From Styela clava (taxonomy: Eukaryota): a stretch of DNA of 64,000 bases. Each line of letters begins with the position of its first letter. Within the stretch, counting starts at the first letter, position 1. The stretch covers positions 7,998,001-8,062,000 of the forward strand of contig NC_135251.1 in NCBI RefSeq assembly GCF_964204865.1, written 5' to 3'. Below the pieces are notes generated by a model. That model worked only from the letters and a program-made list of their open reading frames with translations, did not search any database and was not told where the DNA came from. A program made the position numbers and the translations under genes. Positions 22,962 through 35,413 of this stretch are shown one piece after another.

Positions 22962-23566
22962 CAGTGGTTCTCAAACTGGGGTCTGCAAAGCATTATCGGG
23001 CAGGGTGGGTGGGGGTCAACTGCCTTCAGTTTTGGCGTTATAGGCTTACGTTGTTTTTGGCACTATCGTGTCAGTTAGTTCTTTGAATTTCACTTTACTT
23101 ATTGGACATGAAATGGACTTATGGTTCGTTTTGTATTTATCTTCTTCTTGTTGTGAAAAAATAGCCTTTCTCGTTAACTACAGGATCAATCCCTTAAAAA
23201 TTTTCTGTAGCTGAATCAAAATTAAAAAATTTGCATCGTGCCGTTGTTCCATGACCGCATTTCAGCGATCTTTTCAGACTATCAGTACTGTAAGATTCGC
23301 AATTCCACATACAAACCCTAAGAATGAAACAAATACGTGCTAAGCCGCAAGCACATCCTTCACACTAATAGGCTTCGTTTTGTTGCAATAACCCAGTAAG
23401 CAATTTGTGTTTCAAATTCGAGGAGTGGCAGCTAATTTGAATGTTATCTAAATATCTCTATGCTATGTTCTCTAATTCATTTTAGGTCTGAAAATTACAG
23501 GGGGTTCCGTAGTTACTTAAAAGGGGCATAAGGGGTTCGTAACCACATAAAGTTTGAGATCCACTG
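22962..23566 (+). mobile_element. hAT-Charlie deletion derivative
   Basis: TIRs CAGTGGTTCTCAAACT / AGTTTGAGATCCACTG, TSD 6/8. Internal remnant KPQAHPSH* is typical of Charlie-type transposase C-termini. Confidence 0.8.
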
Positions 23567-24595
23567 TTTTTGATAGATGTGTAATTTCAAACTGAATGTG
23601 CTGTTTGTGTGTGATGTCTCAAACCTAATGCATCTACAGCTAATTATTGATAGCAAATTTTTTCAGAAAAATAAAACAATTTATTATTCTGAGCGCTTAC
23701 AGAATGGTCAAGTGGATAATATTTCTAATTTTTGTCTTTTTTTTCGGAATTTTGAGTATGACATTGTGGATAAAACACCCATTATAAATGGTTATTTTTA
23801 TGTAAATCTGCTTTACCAATCAGTCTTATTGTTTGTCATGTTTAAAGCGAATAATAACTCATGATAAAAATTATTTTTCAAATTCTCATTGATCCCTGTA
23901 TTTATATGCCTTAACTTTTTCTTGATATGTTATTTTAATTACTGTGAAAGTGAAATATTTCATTGAAGAGCTTGATACAAAATGAAATTACCAACATGAC
24001 ATTTTGGTCTTCCTAATCTAACAGGACTTCAGTCAAAAACATTTATGATTTGAATTTACTTTTAATTCTGTGTGATATTTTGTTTAATTGTTGTAGCATC
24101 TGTATAATAAATAATCAGTGTGGTAGAACCAGGCTCCCATTCCCAAGGTTGGGGTTCAGGTTGTGCGTCATCTTGGTACACATACTTCCTGGGCGCCTTT
24201 TTATGTGTGTTCAGTGTTTTACATTGATTTTTGTATCAACTTTTCTCTACTGATACGTAAATGGATATCAAACTAGATCAGGTGTATTAGGAGTTTTTTT
24301 TGCAAAATTGTTCATAAGTTTCTATAAATGTTTTTTATTTCGACCTGATCAAGTCGCTAGACAAAAAGATATATTTTCCAAATTTGGTCTTAATGTTAGT
24401 TGTACTGTACTACTATACATGAATATACTGGTACTACTTATTCTTTTTCAAAAAAAAAGGTTCAGATAAAAAATAGTACCATAATTTCCCTTTTCTTCCA
24501 AGTTTTTTACATTCACTCTTAGAGTAAGGCCCCCTGGACAAGTAGGCATACTTGAACTTAGTATGGCTGGCGGAGTATATTATACCACATATATC

Positions 24596-24713
24596 GGAGC
24601 TCCATAAGTATGTGCACCAAGATGGCACACGACCTGAACATAGTATGTGTATATAGTGTACCGGTTAGGATTCAGGCTGTGTGACATCTTGGTGCACATA
24701 CTTCTGGACCACC
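24596..24713. mobile_element. Merlin-like MITE (GG..CC ends, 8-bp TSD)
   Basis: TIR core AAGTATGTGCACCAAGATG / CATCTTGGTGCACATACTT, TSD CATATATC. Family members at ~24120-24197, 37905-38480, 54523-55713 and 57876-58078. Confidence 0.8.
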
Positions 24714-25836
24714 CATATATCTACCTAATATTAAATATCCAAAGATGGATGAAAAATTCAATTTTCACTCACAAGTAGTTAAAAACAGATACTAGCTCAA
24801 TACTTTGAGGTTAGAGATGAAAAACAACTCAACACTCGCATACTGAGTTCATATTTCGAATATCGGTATACAGAAGAAACCCGTGCGGAATTTTGACACT
24901 TACCGAATATTTTTATCGCGATTGAAACTACAATTCGACCGATAAAGTAGAGGTTATTTTAAATCAAATATTTTCTGTATCTTTTGTATTTTTCAATGAA
25001 ATACCCCTTGCATCGCAGTGAAACTATGCCAAGATGGTGAGTTTTTGCAGCTAACGGAATAATATTTCAAATATGTAAGAAAAATTCTTGCTTTGACTTC
25101 AACTTTCATCGCGTAGCTATGTCGCCAAGTTAGTACCTACACCAAAGTCATAAGATTTAACAGGAATTTTTATCCAAGATATCAGGGAGACGGTTTGAGT
25201 GAAAAAGGCAAGAAAAATCATGAAGCATAGCTCAAGGGCGAAAAACAATCCAAAAGCAGTTGGGGAAGGGGCCCGCTCTCCGCCTAAATTCGGCAAAAAC
25301 AAGTGCGTTAATACGATAATGGAAATTATACTTTGATCGGCGACAACCTACCGTACACATCTTGGAACGAATCAAGGCCGAATTTAGACGATGAGACACA
25401 CTACTACACTAGGGCTAGGATTTCGAAAACAGCACAACTGTTATATGATGTCACAATAAGAACATTAAGTTTATGTTTCAAGTATCATCAGATCAGGGTT
25501 ACCATATTTTTGTGACCTCAAAGCAGGACGCCTCCAAAGGCAATGAGCTGGGATTTTGTCAACTTTAAATTCACAGATTTTACATTAGGCCTTCATTTAA
25601 AAACATCACGGCTGTCTTCATTGACCATATTGTCATCGAGAGTTCATGCGCTATCTGTATAAATATCGGTTCCAGTTCGAAAAATATAAAGGAATTTACG
25701 TTAACATTAAGCACCCTTCTGGCGTACGGAGCTTACACGCAATAAATTGTAGCAAATAGCAATAATTCGATAACAAGCAAGTCCACGCATCCACCTTCAG
25801 TAAGTAGGCTATCGGTGCGCTATACACGGCAACGAG

Positions 25837-27393
25837 CAGTGGCGGCGCGTCAATAGGGCCAACCGGGGCAATGCCCCGGTTGTTTTTTCGGTATAATAAA
25901 AAATATTCGAAAAATACCTCAATATCGGTTGCACAGACTGTCTACACTAGCCATATTCTCCCGACATGGTTCATTTTTCGCTCGCAAAGCCTTCGCCGAA
26001 CGTCGTCGCGGCGACGCCGATTCTGCCCCGGTTGCTCATTGTATATCGTATTCTCTTTTTTATCTTCCACTCGCCGCGTTTGTCTCGTTTGTTTTCTGTT
26101 TCTTTTACTAAATCATCGGGGCCGATCGGGGCTAGCCCCGAAATTATGACGACATAATGCCGACGTTTCTTACAACAACGTGTTGACATATTCACGCATT
26201 CCTTCACGTTCGTTGGTTGCTTGAAGAGTTGATAGTTTCCTCGCCTTCGTTTTTCTCGCTTTTTTCTCCACAATATTCTATCACGTGGATGTATTATAAG
26301 GCTAATGGATGGAGCGTCTGTGCAGTCGTGTATTTCAGACTTCTGCGATGCTGTATCTCGTATCCGGGAAACAATAAAATACGACGACACATGGAGTGCT
26401 TCTTTACGTCGCTGGCAAACAACGCAGCGTTTGATTTTGTCTGCATAGGAATGCTGTGACATTCTGGTGAATCAAATAGGCGATCGTCTGCGCACTGAAC
26501 ACCTTGCCGCGTTCTCTTTGATGAACTCCAAAAATTTTTCAAAATTTGCACGTCAATTTCCCATCCATTTGTTGGCTACTGTCTCCAAATTTTACCCCAT
26601 GATGAACGTGGGTAAATTGGAAAATGAATTGCGATGTATATACACCAATCAAACTTTTTTGAACATCACATCAACTTGCGCGCTCTATGGGTTCCTCATA
26701 GATAACACTCTAGTAACTACCTTTGCGGCGTCTGCAAAATTTCTGGACATCATCTTGACGACGCCTATTTCTTCCGCCGACGCAGAGCGAACATTCAGCA
26801 CGCTGAAGCGTATTAAAACGTATCTCAGAAACACAATGAAGCAAGATAGATTAAATTCCTTGGCTGTTTTATCCATTCACAGAGACGTTATTTCTGAGAT
26901 GCATGACTTTAATCAGCGCGTTATTGAGCATTTTGCTTCCAAGAAACCGCGGCGTGTTGCATATATGTTCAAGCAGTAGAAGTCTAGCAGCATATATATA
27001 TATGAGTGAGCGACGCATGTCCTTATCTTTGCATTAAATTTCCTTTCTTCATAGTAACGTTTTAAACCTTATTTTAGGTTTTGTCTGCTTTCCCGAAGTT
27101 TCTGTTAATATGTCATTGTATTTATCTGGGTAAATATTGCCTTTCCTTTTGAAAGAGGTTTCAAAATAAACTATGTCCATATTTATTAATCCCTTGACTT
27201 GGACCGGTTTTAAAGACACTTTCTTATCGTTAAAAATTGTCTCTTTTGCCGATTGGTTGTTACCGATGGAATGGTTTTTATACTCATAAAATGATGGGAG
27301 AACTTACAGCGTTCATCCTGTCCCCGTAGATGGGGGTGACTTGGTCCCGCAGTAGCTTGCCCCGGTTGTCAAAATGACCACGCGCCGCCACTG
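25837..27393 (+). mobile_element. Internally deleted hAT DNA transposon (ZMYM1-like transposase type)
   Basis: TIRs CAGTGGCGGCGCGT / ACGCGCCGCCACTG, subterminal GCCCCGG repeats, imperfect flanking repeat ggc(c)aacgag. Confidence 0.9.
26440..26979 (+). pseudogene. hAT transposase C-terminal dimerisation domain remnant
   Basis: TPISSADAERTFSTLKRIKTYLRNTMKQDRLNSLAVLSIH. An in-frame TAG lies just upstream of ECCDILVNQ and no N-terminal transposase is present. Confidence 0.88.
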
Positions 27394-28874
27394 GGCCAAC
27401 GAGAATATATTCAGTTTGTGCGCCATCTTTGTACACAAACTTCGGGAGCAGCGAATACACAGTGAATTGCATTGCGGCTATGCTTTGTTTAAAATCTGAA
27501 AAATAGAAGAGTTTGGCAGTCATTACATACTAAGACGTTTTCACGTTCATTTATGTCAAAAGAAATAATAACTTTCTGAAACCTGAATACAGAAATATAG
27601 CATATATATATATGAAATATAGAGACGTACTTATTTTTTTGTGGTTTGGCATGACTTTGTCGCTTGTTCTGTGCAGATATTTGAGTTACTAGTTCTTAAA
27701 TGTTGGTGTCGAGGTGACGGAAATGGAATGTTTATATCTAGAAAAACGTGCGCGAAATATGATACTTTATTTATCGTATTTCATCAAATGGGATTCTACG
27801 AAAAATTGAAGAGCGTGACAATAACCGTTTCCTATGCATTGTTACTTAAGCTTACTCGAAATAACAAGAGGGAAATGCCCAAATATATAGATACGATGAC
27901 TAAAAAACTAACAGAATTGTGTTAAACACAACTAAAATATGATTGAATATTTCACATATTGCTTATTACATCATATTGTTTCTTATTTTAAATCCTGTGT
28001 AGATAAGCAATAAATTCAATTTACTTTTTATGCCGACGAAAATGCCACTACCCTCAAAAAGTTAGTCCGCTTTAGGTCGACGGAGACGCGATATTGAACG
28101 GAGTGGGGCGACAACTTCACGATGCCGAGATCGCCGTGGCGAACAATTTAGCTGTAAAATTGATCACTTTTCTACGGAACACTCGGAAGACGCTCGCGGA
28201 ACACTAGTGCTCCGCAGAACAAAGTTTGGGATATGCTGATCTATTCTATACCATACGTATAGTCTTAACGTGAATGAATATACCATATGATTAATTTCCC
28301 AATGTAGCATCAAATCTTTTACAGACCCGCACCTCAATTAACCTAGTCTACTGTGCGGTACGATCAAAAACGTCCCGACTTTCGCCTAGCGCGAGATTCG
28401 GTGATATACAGTCGCGCAGCCGCTACTGGTAATTTTTAATCTCCATGTACAGTATAAGAACGGGGATTCGTCAGGACGAATTCTACTCTCGGGGAAATAT
28501 ATGGATGATATCCAGTGCTTTCATAATGAAGTTTTATTCGCTGTCAAGCCCATTTATCATAAATGTTTGGACTTTTAAACAAAATCGAATAGCATAACTT
28601 ACATTTTAAGACATTGGCTAATGTACCGTCACGCCCGAAGCGGTCATTACGAATTGGGAATGCATGCCATAAATTCTATTAACGACAACAACTCAGTGAT
28701 CACCTAATCTGATATATATATTATATTACAAGATGCTCCAATATATGGCCACGAAGGTGAAACGAAATAGTACTATTGCCAAATCAACAGTAGCGGAATC
28801 GCAGTTTTCCCGACTTCGACTGATCCCATCACTGGTTCTCAGCCAATATTGTTCGTAACCGTGCAGTCACGGGA

Positions 28875-29330
28875 GTGGAAGTGGTGACTCCTCTACGGCC
28901 CATGGGCCGGGGCCACGGCCCATCGAATCGGGCCTCGGCTCATCAGGCTATGGACCGCGGCCCATCAAGTTGTGCTAACACAGACAGTCCCCGAACGCAT
29001 AATAGAACTATAATGTGAAAAATCTGAACAGAATTTTGTCCTAACCCTAACCTGGTACACATACTAAAGGAGTATCCTTTTCTGTAGCTTTGTATTTTGC
29101 TTTATTTTGATATACATGCTTATCGTGAGAAAAAAATTTGGTGGCATACCGCGATTTTTTTTTCGAATTAAATATTGGCAATTTTGTAAAAATTGAAAAT
29201 TTTGGTAAGATAATTGTATTCTTCCTGATGGGGCCGCGGCCCATAGCTTGATGGGCCACGGCCCATGTGGCCCAATTTGATGGGCCGTGGCCCCGGCCCA
29301 TGGGCCGTAGAGGAGTCACAACCCCTGTAG
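28875..29330. mobile_element. GC-rich foldback MITE with long TIRs
   Basis: GTGACTCCTCTACGGCCCATGGGCCGGGGCCACGGCCCATC and its reverse complement at 29279-29319. Flanking 10-bp direct repeat AGTCACGGGA. Confidence 0.85.
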
Positions 29331-29476
29331 AGTCACGGGAAACCCATTCTTGGGTTAGGCAGTATTGGAAAACCTAGTTTCAATTTAACGTTTAATTAAT
29401 CATTATAGGTTATCTATTACTGTGCTACGCAACAATACATAACTGTGTACATCAATATTAACACTTTAGGTGTATG

Positions 29477-32400
29477 AGAATGGACTTGTGGAAACATCGG
29501 TGGAATTAGGGGAACAGGCTGTATTACTGTTAAATAAGAAAGATATTTATGACTGCCGTACTAAATGACTGGAACATTCAGGCCTACTGCCCTGGAATTT
29601 GTCAAAACCAATCGGGACTGTCCCGGCTAACCGGGATTATTATTGCTACCTTGGAAATTAGTTGAAAATAACTTTCAGTTTGTGCTCAGCTCGTTCCATA
29701 ACTTCGATCAATTGCACAAAATCAGCTCACTAAGGAATATTTTTCGATGCCTTTCGCCGTCTTGGTGTTATGTAGTTATTTCTGGTCGAAAAATCAAAAG
29801 GAGTGGAAAAGGCAAAGATGAAAACAAATCATATTATTTGATATCAGTCAGAATATAACTGCCTTCTATTATCTTTGATATACATCCGAGTGGTCGACGG
29901 ATGACCTGTGATTGCTTGCCTTAATTTGATAAATGTTTCCCGGCCTTTTCCTCGACCGCAGAACAAGTCTTATACAAATACAATTTATTCCCATAACCTG
30001 ATAACGCAGAACAAAATATGAGATTTTGAAAATCCGGAAAAAGAAGACAATTAAGAATAAAATATAATTAACGTAAACGATTAGAAACGATCTTCAACCA
30101 AAATGAAACAAAACATGAACTCTGGCTACTCCAGAGGGGGATTTACGTTTTGGAAAACTGAAAATGCCCCTAAATGATCGATCGTTTTCGACAGCGCCAT
30201 AAGCTATTTGGAGCAAAAACACCTTTATGTTGGTATTTATCTTTCGGTCTTCGACGGAATTGTGAGTTTGTTGTTAAAAACGAGTTATTATATTATAATT
30301 ATCAGTGACGAGGTGATAAAGATAATAAAGGAGTAAATGCACAACCAAAGTGTTTTGATTGAAGAGCGGCATTGTAAAATACTAATAATAAAACGAAAGA
30401 AAACACCATAATTTTTGTTTCAGTAGACCCGCGACGGAATAAAAATGCGTTTTATCATGGCGATTATTCATTCGCGACCAAAATTTGGTGCCAAAAAGTG
30501 TTGGGTTGCCTTTGAAAACTTTACCGTTTGCCGGGAAATACCAATCGAAACAAAATGTAATCGGAAAAATTGTCACGAATTTTCATGGTCGCGGCATTTT
30601 GGGGTAGTGATACTTTTTATATTTTTATTAAACGAAACAGCAGGTTACATTGCACACGTTTAGATAATAAAGCAATACATATTACACATGCCCATATCGA
30701 CCATGAATTGGGTACTTTGCGCAATTGCACTCTTCCGAGATTTTAACACAGACTCTGGAATTTTTCCAACGGCATCTCAAAGTTGACAAATTCCAAGGTC
30801 GCAAAAATCCGAATCCAATCTATTTATAATCGGGTGGTTGATCGTGTGTTTTATGTCCGCAGAATGCCGTAGTTTTTTTTAGAATAGTGGTTATTTTATT
30901 TTACGGTTTGTCGACGCAAAGTCGAGTTACGATGAACAAGTTTATTTGAAAGGCTATTGAACGCTTCTTTAGAAGCCGTTGCGAGAGAAATTTTGATTCC
31001 CATTTTGGAACCCCCTCCTTTAAAAAGCCCTGACGAGCACCGAGAATCGGCGTTAAATAAGAAAATTTTGGTGAAATATCGAGCATATAGAACTGAAAAA
31101 CAAAATGAAGGTAATATAGCGTCCTTCTACTGACTTCTTCGGTCTTCGGACTGGTAATTAAAGGATAGAAAGTGGTTCGCCGATTATCAGTCTACTCTCC
31201 TGGGGTAAATATAAAGAATGGACTTGTGGAAACATCGGTGGAGTTAGGGGAACAGGCTGTATTACTGTTAAATAAGAAAGATATTTATGACTGCCGTACT
31301 AAATGACTGGAACATTTAGGCCTACTGCCCTGGAATTTGTCAAAACCAATCGGGACTGTCCCGGCTAACCGGGATTATTATTGCTACCTTGGAAATTAGT
31401 TGAAAATAACTTTCAGTTTGTGCTCAGCTCGTTCCATAACTTCGATCAATTGCACAAAATCAGCTCACTAAGGAATATTTTTCGATGCCTTTCGCCGTCT
31501 TGGTGTTATGTAGTTATTTCTGGTCGAAAAATCAAAAGGAGTGGAAAAGGCAAAGATGAAAACAAATCATATTATTTGATATCAGTCAGAATATAACTGC
31601 CTTCTATTATCTTTGATATACATCCGAGTGGTCGGCGGATGACCTGTGATTGCTTGTCTTAATTTGATAAATGTTTCCCGGCCTTTTCCTCGACCGCAGA
31701 ACAAGTCTTATACAAATACAATTTATCCCCATATCCTGATAACGCAGAACAAAATATGAGATTTTGAAAATCCGGAAAAAGAAGACAATTAAGAATAAAA
31801 TATAATTAACGTAAACGATTAGAAACGATCTTCAACCAAAATGAAACAAAACATGAACTCTGGCTACTCCAGAGGGGGATTTACGTTTTGGAAAACTGAA
31901 AATGCCCCTAAATGATCGATCGTTTTCGACAGCGCCATAAGCTATTTGGAGCAAAAACACCTTTATGTTGGTATTTATCTTTCGGTCTTCGACGGAATTG
32001 TGAGTTTGTTGTTAAAAACGAGTTATTATATTATAATTATCAGTGACGAGGTGATAAAGATAATAAAGGAGTAAATGCACAACCAAAGTGTTTTGATTGA
32101 AGAGCGGCATTGTAAAATACTAATAATAAAATGAAAGAAAACACTATAATTTTTGTTTCAGTAGACCCGCGACAGAATAAAAATGCGTTTTATCATGGCG
32201 ATTATTCATTTGCGACCAAAATTTGGTGCCAAAAAGTGTTGGGTTGCCTTTGAAAACTTTACCGTTTACCGGGAAATACCAATCGAAACAAAATGTAATC
32301 GGAAAAATTGTCACGAATTTTCATGGTCGCGGCATTTTGGGGTAGTGATACTTTTTATATTTTTATTAAACGAAACAGCAGGTTACATTGCACACGTTTA

Positions 32401-32941
32401 GATAATAAAGCAATACATATTACACATGCCCATATCGACCATGAATTGAGTACTTTGCGCAATTGTACTCTTCCGAGATTTTAACACAGACTCTGGAATT
32501 TTTCCAACGGCATCTCAAATTCCAAGGTCGCTAAAATCCGAATCCAATCTATTTATTATCGGGTGGCTGATCGTGTGTTCTATGTCCGCAGAATGCCGTA
32601 GTTTTTTTAGAATAGTGGTTATTTTATTTTACGGTATGTCGACGCAAATTCGAGTTACGATGAACAAGTTTATTTGAAAGGCTATTGAACGCCTCTTTAG
32701 AAGCCGTTGCGAGAGAAATTTTGATTCCCATTTTGGAACCCCTTCCTTTAAAAAGTCCTGACGAGCACCGAGAAATCGGCGTTAAATAAGAAAACTTCGG
32801 TGAAATATCGAGCATATAGAACTGAAAAACAAAATGAAGGTAATATAGTCTCCTTCTACTGACTTCTTCGGTCTGCGGACTGGTAAGTAAAGGATATAAA
32901 GTAGTTCGCCGATTATCAGTCCACTCTCCCGGGGTAAATAT
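29477..32941. repeat. 1.74-kb tandem duplication (29477-31214 and 31215-32941)
   Basis: Period 1738. Identical spurious ORFs at 29643/31381 and near-identical ones at 30445/32183. Confidence 0.97.
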
Positions 32942-33422
32942 GCAAATCCTATCCTTAAGCATTTTAATGTAATTGACTGATTACCGCCGAGGGAATGTAA
33001 ATTGCGATATTATGTAGCCGAGTTTCAGAGCAAGTATCCTTTCCTGTATTTCCTTATTTTACGAACATCGTAGTTCAAAGGCATCATTCGTTATAAATAA
33101 AAGTAAAATCAAGGTTCCAATTCATGTAGGATCAGGAGGAAAAACATAAGCATTAATCCATTACCATTAGTTAGGTATTGTTCAAAAAATTTATTGCATT
33201 CAGACATATGCAATAGCTTATGAACCCTCTCTATGAACTCTTTAATTTCCGTTTCATTCCAGTGTTGGGTAGAAGTCCATGAGCGATCTCTGTTGGAAAT
33301 GCCGGAAAAATGGGGTATTTTTGTAATAATTCGGGGGGAGGAAAGTTTATAATAAATTTCAACCATATGGCGAACCACGAACCTCTCTCTGATCGGATCA
33401 CCAGCCAGATGAGGGTTACCGA

Positions 33423-33690
33423 TAGTTTTCCCTCTAGGGTGTGCGCGCGCACACAGCTTTCAGAGGCTGCGCACACGCATAGATTTACTGCGCACATACG
33501 TATTTTGATGTAATGCAACAATGTGCTCGGTTGGCAGGTTGAGAAAGTTTGTTGTTTGCCCACTTATTACCCGGTTAGAACGCAAAAATTTCTTCATTGG
33601 TTTTTGCACAAATATTAGTCATTTCCAAAAATGTGCGCACACACCAAAATTTCTGCGCACACATACTACAAAAAATTAGAGGAAACCTTG
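33423..33690. mobile_element. hAT-like MITE with TGCGCACA repeats
   Basis: Ends TAGTTTTCCCTCTAG / TTAGAGGAAACCTTG, TSD GTTACCG(A/G). Confidence 0.7.
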
Positions 33691-33875
33691 GTTACCGGTA
33701 ATCAATTTTTCCAGGTGCAAATATTCGGTAACTGTTATTTGTTTATTGTGTTATTCTGAAGTAAAGTAAGATTTTCTACACAAGCACTTCATACAAAAAA
33801 CTCCACAAAAGTCCGAACACAAGAGAAAAAAACGAAGTATGAACCAGCGTTCCGGTTCAGTTGTCATGACCTTTT

Positions 33876-33889
33876 GTTGTTATAGCAAC
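33876..33889. promoter_or_regulatory. Candidate RFX X-box upstream of CCDC96
   Basis: GTTGTTATAGCAAC, one mismatch from the palindrome GTTGCTATAGCAAC, about 1.5 kb upstream of the ATG. A splice acceptor immediately before the ATG implies an upstream non-coding exon. Confidence 0.6.
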
Positions 33890-34110
33890 GTAAGCAAAAC
33901 TGTTTTCATCGCGGCGAATGTAGGAATTTCGCTTGTATTGAAGTTTTTTTTTATCTTTTTCTATCAAAGACACGAAAAGTAGTTGTGTTTTAGATGTGGT
34001 AGCAGTTAGGAATACTATTATGTTTGAAGTTTCCAGGCAGTCTCGAAAGGGCGAAAAATAAGAGTGGCAACGGGAATTAACCAGGCCTGCCAAGCGAGTT
34101 ATGAATCCTC

Positions 34111-34532
34111 GGGTCTCATGTAGTTTCTTACCTAACATACTTCTAGTGGGCGTAGCATGACAATTTTTCACGTATCAATCCTAACCCCAACCTGACTACA
34201 CCATTCCAAAATTACGTCATTACAACGTCACAGTGACGTATTAGAGCCCTTCTAACTATAAGAACTGCAATCCAAGACGCGCAAACAAGCACCCTCGTCG
34301 CAACCATTCCAATAGGAGAGAGACCAATAACGTCAGTCAGTTCTTTATCGTCGGCGGCAATGCCATTTCGGTCGATCGTGCGTTTATTTGGCAAGCTCTA
34401 TGACGTGATTGTGATGTCGTAGTGATTTAATTTTTGGATGGCGTAATCAGATGGGGGTTAGGATTGATATATTGAAAAATTGTTATGCTTTGCCCACTAG
34501 AAGTACGTTAGGTACGAAACTACACGAGACCC
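34111..34532. mobile_element. Merlin-like MITE with ~80-bp TIRs
   Basis: GGGTCTCATGTAGTTTC... / ...GAAACTACACGAGACCC with a perfect 8-bp TSD GAATCCTC. Confidence 0.9.
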
Positions 34533-35413
34533 GAATCCTCTAAAATTACTGAACTCGTTATGCAGGGAAAAATTTAATTAAACTAGAAAATTGAATGAAA
34601 TAAGGAGACGATCGAAGGTATTCCCATTTAAATACACATTCTGACATTCCATTTCACAATGATTTATGCCTGATAACAAGTTAAGTTCAAGATTTAAAAT
34701 ATATTGCAAGTATTTGTCTTGTTATTCCATTCAATTTTGTAATAGTATAAGTTTATTTTGACTCCATAATCAGCATAACTGTCAATAAAATGATTGATAG
34801 AAACAAATAAATGCAAACTGATTGTGAAATCAGGGGTGCAAACAATACCTTAGGTGAGGTTTAAAACGTACAGAATATAAATTAGAAGGTATTGCTAAGG
34901 AGTGGTACATGTTCACTCACTTAATAACAAATAAATAGAAAATTGATTACTGGATTATGAAATCAGGACAACAAACCTCAGATAAGGTTTTAAACATACA
35001 TAACATAGAATGGAGAAAAACTGATCGTTTATTGTTGTTTCGTTTTATACCAGAGTGACCGAAATAAAATTGATTGATTGAACTCACTCACCCAAAATAA
35101 TTATAACATTTCACACACAGAGATATTATGAAGTAGGAACGCATCTTCGCAGAACATGATCCACTGGCACAAAAGATTAGAAGAAGGATAAGTAGTTGTC
35201 CTGACAGAAATTCATATGAGTTAGTATGCAACAAATGAATAGTAAACTTCACTCTGCTACAACATCCTTGCATTTCACATTGCAGTTATGAAAATGTTAT
35301 ATTATGTCTGTTTAAATATTGGTATATATATTGATATTACGATTGTTGTAAAACCCATCGAATGAGGAAACTATTATCTTTTCATTACCCAGATTGTAAT
35401 TTAATCTAACAGT

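Noticed and set aside
25871-26551. Several overlapping ORFs inside the hAT element
   Set aside because: GC-richer transposon sequence with no recognisable domain. Only the 26467 frame is transposase.
29038-29055. CCTAACCCTAACC telomere-like repeat (also near 34180 and 54582)
   Set aside because: Only 1-2 units, and always inside MITEs. Not an interstitial telomere.
29643-32401. Duplicated 71- and 72-aa ORFs
   Set aside because: By-products of the tandem duplication. No domain and no convincing splice sites.
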